A stretch of 64,000 nucleotides of DNA, taken from the NCBI RefSeq assembly GCF_963506605.1, contig NC_083292.1, positions 1,364,001 through 1,428,000 of the forward strand. Reading direction: 5' to 3'. The stretch is from Zootoca vivipara (taxonomy: Eukaryota). The notes beneath the pieces were generated by a model that was given only the letters and a program-made list of their open reading frames with translations, did no database searches and had not been told where the DNA came from. The translations under genes and the position numbers were made by a program. Below, piece by piece: positions 62,256 to 64,000 of this stretch. How positions within the stretch are numbered: the stretch's first letter is position 1; each line of letters starts with the position of its first letter.

Positions 62256-62645
62256 CAGAATCATAGAGTTGGAAGAGACCACAAGGGCCATGCAGTCCAA
62301 CCCCCTGCCAAGCAGGAAACACCATCAAAGCATTCCTGACATATGGCTGTCAAGCCTCTGCTTAAAGACCTCCAAAGAAGGAGACTCCACCACCCTCCTT
62401 TGGCAGCAAATTCCACTGCTGAACAGCTCTTACTGTCAGGAAGTTATTCCTAATGTTTAGGTGGAATCTTCTTTCTTGTAGCTTAAATCCATTGCTCTGT
62501 GTCCACTTCTCTGGAGCAGCAGAAAATAACCTTTCTCCCTCCTCTATATGGCATCCTTTTATATATTTTATATATTTGAACATGGCTATCATATCACCCT
62601 TAACCTTCTCTTCTCCATGCTAAACATATCCAGCTCCCTAAGCCG
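62256..62645 (-). mobile_element. Second CR1 3' fragment in direct tandem with the first
   Basis: Near-identical to 61315-61690, beginning with the same AGAATCATAGAGTTGGAAG tail. Confidence 0.9.
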
Positions 62646-64000
62646 CATGAAATATCAGAAAAGAGAATGGCTTATTTGTGTTTATGAAGGGATCAGAGTT
62701 TGTCTCAAATTAGACGTACCGGTAATATAAATGAGATTTTCCAGCAAAAGCAAGCTCACACCTCTCATTGAGTTTGTATATATATTGAAGGCACATAGGT
62801 AAGGGGCTCATAATTATATTTTGGGAATGATTCATGGTCTTATGTAGCTGCATTGTTTTGTACTTTCTGGATGTCCCATGGTCATATAAAGTAGTTGTGT
62901 TCTACTTTACAAATCAAGCACTGCTACTTGTTGTTGGTTTTTCCAACAAAAAGATTTGGTGTGGCATGAGCAAATTTTTGAGAAAACAGTTTGAGAACCA
63001 CTGACTTAGATAGTAAGGTTGAGGGCAACGGCTGACTCACTAATTGCACTGAAGAGTGGGATAAACAGACTTTAAAGGAGAAAAACAATATCTGGGGGAA
63101 GTGAATTAGCGAAGGAAGCGGAGAGACAGGATGAGGATTTCACTTAAGTGTGGAGGGAAGGGAAGAAAGAAGCATCTTCTCTCCTTCAGATTAGGTCTAG
63201 GTTTTCTAGGTGGGGCACTAGGCAAGGAGATGGCACTCAGAGGAGCTGCCCCCCTTTAAAGTTGCTCATGAAACAGGGCAGGTAAAGCATTAAAAATTTC
63301 TCCAAGCAGAGCATTTGGATTTATTTTTAAATTTTATTTATTACTTTTGTATACCACCCTTCATCTGAAGATCACAGGACGATTCACAACATAATACAGG
63401 CACACACCTGACTTATGCGTGCATTCTACTTGCGCACGACCATGTATACATATGGTGCTGGGAAATAATAAATAAATAGAATCATACCAGGAAATGGCGG
63501 AAGAGAGCTAGAGACTCCTCATGGGTCACAAGGAGACCCTTCCCAGAGCCTGATGAGGATGTCAGTGAGGGTGGAGAAAGCCCAGGAGACCAGAAGCGCA
63601 GCAGGGTTTTGATGAGGCTGCTCAGCCCTCTCCTCCCCCACCTAACAGCTGACTTGCAGGGTAGCACAGCAGCAGCAGCCATTTCCCTGTGCATCCTCTG
63701 GCTTCCTGCCAGCCCCAGAGCTTCAACTCTAGATATTTTGGTCTGGATTGGAGAGAGCAGAAGAGAGAGCTGGACAGCAGTAAAAAAATAAAATAAAATA
63801 GACATTTAACAGCCTTTTAGAGGAAGCTCCCAATTTTTTGTGATTTCACTAATGCACACCGGGGGGGGGGACTGATAGGATAACTGCAATTCCCCATGTG
63901 GGAGGAGGGGCTGGCACATGGCACAGTTGCTACCTTCCTGTGCCATGTGTGCCCCTTTCCCAGCCTGACCCCCCCCCCAAACATACCTTTCCCTACCCTT

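Noticed and set aside
1-64000. CRISPR arrays, rRNA genes or prokaryotic systems
   Set aside because: None seen; the window is intron-containing vertebrate DNA and its repeats are dispersed transposable elements.

Overview
Vertebrate genomic DNA, most likely a lacertid lizard (Sauria SINEs and squamate-type CR1, L2, hAT and Tigger repeats). It carries the conserved block TTC28 (5' end, -), CHEK2 (complete, 14 coding exons, -), HSCB (complete, 6 exons, +; head-to-head with CHEK2), a class II GLUT transporter best read as SLC2A11B (complete, 12 exons, -; a pteridine/xanthophore pigmentation gene absent from this interval in human), CCDC117 (complete, 5 exons, +) and XBP1 (complete, -, with the 26-nt IRE1 intron, both reading frames and a perfect ERSE). 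I read all exons by hand: GT-AG boundaries, consistent phase, open frames. Most notable: (i) two divergent ~2-kb, TSD-flanked, RT-less L1-like retroposons with a short ORF, both sense to SLC2A11B; (ii) SLC2A11B with an 18-nt first coding exon that places a Trp at residue 49; (iii) a hairpin hAT MITE family carrying the same ACTACAnnTCCC (ZNF143/THAP11-type) motif found in the CHEK2/HSCB and CCDC117 promoters; (iv) unusual substitutions in the CHK2 catalytic loop and activation segment; (v) the CHEK2 3' end abutting the TTC28 promoter. Family and orthology names come from recalled sequence knowledge, not from searches.
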